This document shows positions 62,238 through 64,000 of a DNA stretch of 64,000 bases, piece after piece. This DNA comes from Phoronis australis. Taxonomy: Eukaryota; Animalia; Phoronida. The translations under genes were made by a program, and so were the position numbers. The notes beneath the pieces are model-generated. The model saw nothing but the letters and a program-made list of their open reading frames with translations, was not told the DNA's origin and searched no databases. Every line of letters starts with the position of its first letter. The stretch's first letter is position 1. The stretch covers positions 221,463-285,462 of the forward strand of contig NMRA01000043.1 of assembly GCA_002633005.1 (NCBI GenBank), read 5' to 3'.

Positions 62238-63317
62238 TTAATGAAGCTTCTGTTTTCTGTGCCTACAGAGGGAGGCATAATGCTTGTACGATTTGCCGCA
62301 TTCACAACAGAAAGCAGTGACCTCATGTTGTGACGCGATGTGTCGCTTTAGGCTCACTTTCTGTGTGAAACATTGGTTGCAGGCATGACACTGAATTGTC
62401 TTGTCTCCTGAGCACAGTGCTTCATGTTGTGACTTTTTGTACCTACTGAAAAACTTCTTGCCACATGAAACACATGAAAATGCTTTGTAGTTTGCGTGCT
62501 GGCTCATGTGATCTTGAAACTTTTGTTTGTCTCACGAACACTTTCCCACAGTCCGTCACTGGGCAGGTGAACGTCTAAGTTGCAGTCCTGTCACAATGCT
62601 TTGATGCCATGTGGTCAAGCAGTGTTGATTTTTTACTAAACGAAGCTCCAGAAGTCACACATAGTCCTTTGTCACAAGCACTAGTTCTCCTTTTTGAAGG
62701 TGTAGACGTTAAGAAGCTAAAAGACTCATCTTGTGGCAGAAGTTCAACTAAAAAATATCAAAAGCATTTCAGTTATGTGTTAGGTTAAATCTCACAAAAA
62801 TCATGAAAAACAGTGAAGTATAATAAACAATCAACCCACCCGGCGCCTATTTCAGGGTACGTATTAAATGTAAAACTGACATAACACCGTAACTTGAACG
62901 AGTATTCAGGCCAATGCATAGAAAAAGAATGTGCGTTCACGATCGCCATATGAAAGTAACGATTTCGTTCTCGATCGCCGTCTCACACAGGGACAAGCTT
63001 GTATTGGTAAATATCTCGAATTGTTTCACAAAACATAACTTCGAAAGGTGTCCCCTGGGGCAATGAAGCTCTAAACGTCACACTTCTTTACTTTAGAACT
63101 CTGGAACTGCTAATAACAAGTAAAGGCATTTTATCGGAAGGCATTACTTTCTGGGCCCTTTATTTGATAAAATAAGCAAAAGCCAAGCATCATTTCATAT
63201 CGGCAACAAAGGTTAAGCTCTTACGCTTTTCTCTGTGTCGCATTCGTGCCAAAGTAGCCACTATTTAAGAAGAAAATGACACTAAGACTCACCGGGTACA
63301 TCATCGTCGTCTGCCAT
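62238..63317 (-). pseudogene. Two-exon multi-C2H2 zinc-finger gene (~5 fingers) inside the CAC element
   Basis: Exon 1 at 63317-63293 (MADDDDVP, donor GTGAGT) is in phase with exon 2 from 62747 (acceptor TTTTTTAG). Fingers: CVTS..DHMASKH, CPVTDC..DHMSQH, CVSC..H..C, CHAC..HIASQH and CEC..H..H. One stop and one frameshift are present. Confidence 0.8.
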
Positions 63318-64000
63318 TTTTGCGGCAAAGTGGCGTTCTCGACCGCTTTCCGGTCGTTCCCGATCGCGGGTTGGCCGGGGTGAAAAATGTCATACCGTGG
63401 TTGAGATTTTTGACGGTTTCTGCCAGGCACAATCCAGAGTTTATTTTATCTGCCAGTCATAGGGCATTTAGTGACCTGTGACATGTATTGAATATCATGT
63501 AATTAGTTTTTAGTGGTACCTCGAATGTATGTGCTAACTCATTTTTGGGGGGTCCTTTTTTGGTTTCTGCCGGACCCATTCCAGAGTGCAATTTGTCTGT
63601 CATGGGTCATTTGGTGTTCAGTGCGATAATATTGTTCGCTTAAAATCAATTTTGGCCGGTGCCCGGGCCTCGAAAATCTAGTCTAGCTCAAATTTTGATG
63701 GCATGCCGTGGTTAAGATGTTTGGGGGGTTCCGCCGGGCACAACCCAAAGTGTATTTTGTCTGTAATAGGGGTTTTAGTGATCTGTGACATGTATTGAAT
63801 CACATGGAGTAGGTTTTTAGTGGTACCTCGAATGTATGTGCTAGCTCATTTTTGGGGGGTCCTTTTTAGGTTTCTGCCGGACCCATTCCAGAGTGCAGTT
63901 TGTCTGTCATGGGTCATTCGGTGTTCAGTGCGGTACTATTGTTCGTTTTAAATCAGTTTTGGTTGGTACCTCGAATATCTAGTCTAGCTCATTTTTGGGT

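Larger units (their letters stand above)
52269..63382. mobile_element. 11.1-kb DNA transposon with CAC...GTG termini encoding a YqaJ-containing P/THAP9-like transposase and a convergent C2H2 gene
   Basis: ~47-bp TIR CACCCCGGCCAACCCGCGATCG(A/G)GAACGACCGGAA(G/A)GCG(A/G)TCGAGAACG, with an A-run on both flanks. It splits a unit of the host repeat array. Confidence 0.9.
44012..64000. mobile_element. Large long-TIR element (AcademX-like) with tandem-array TIRs, hosting nested TEs and running off the window
   Basis: The repeat array at ~44240-45230 is mirrored at 52175-52268 plus 63383-64000. An internal remnant carries an LPPC..YGW motif. The left boundary is uncertain (43893-44012). Confidence 0.6.

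Noticed and set aside
61765-62521. Two tandem ZnF genes
   Set aside because: The duplicate is joined at a single N (62143); likely an allelic or paralogous contig overlap. The same applies to the short duplicate around the N at 60926.

Overview
AT-rich eukaryotic DNA, most likely from a marine invertebrate, with two large N-gaps and several single-N joins. No host gene is recognisable; the window is a dense stack of nested transposable elements. These include Tc2/pogo-type TA-TSD elements, Kolobok (THAP-transposase plus KolX), Sola3, BEL/Pao LTR elements, Penelope fragments with hammerhead ribozymes, MULE/hAT/Harbinger-like MITEs and minisatellites. The most notable feature is an 11.1-kb element at 52269-63382 with CAC...GTG inverted termini. 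It appears to encode one spliced protein joining a C2H2 finger, an RNase-H-like LAVDGKK motif, a YqaJ/lambda-exonuclease domain and a P-element/THAP9-like catalytic C-terminus; the join crosses an N-gap and is inferred. A convergent multi-C2H2 gene and a repeated subterminal GCGATCG(A/G)GAACG motif accompany it. The element sits inside the right tandem-array TIR of a larger AcademX-like element. All family calls come from reading motifs by eye; no database search was run.
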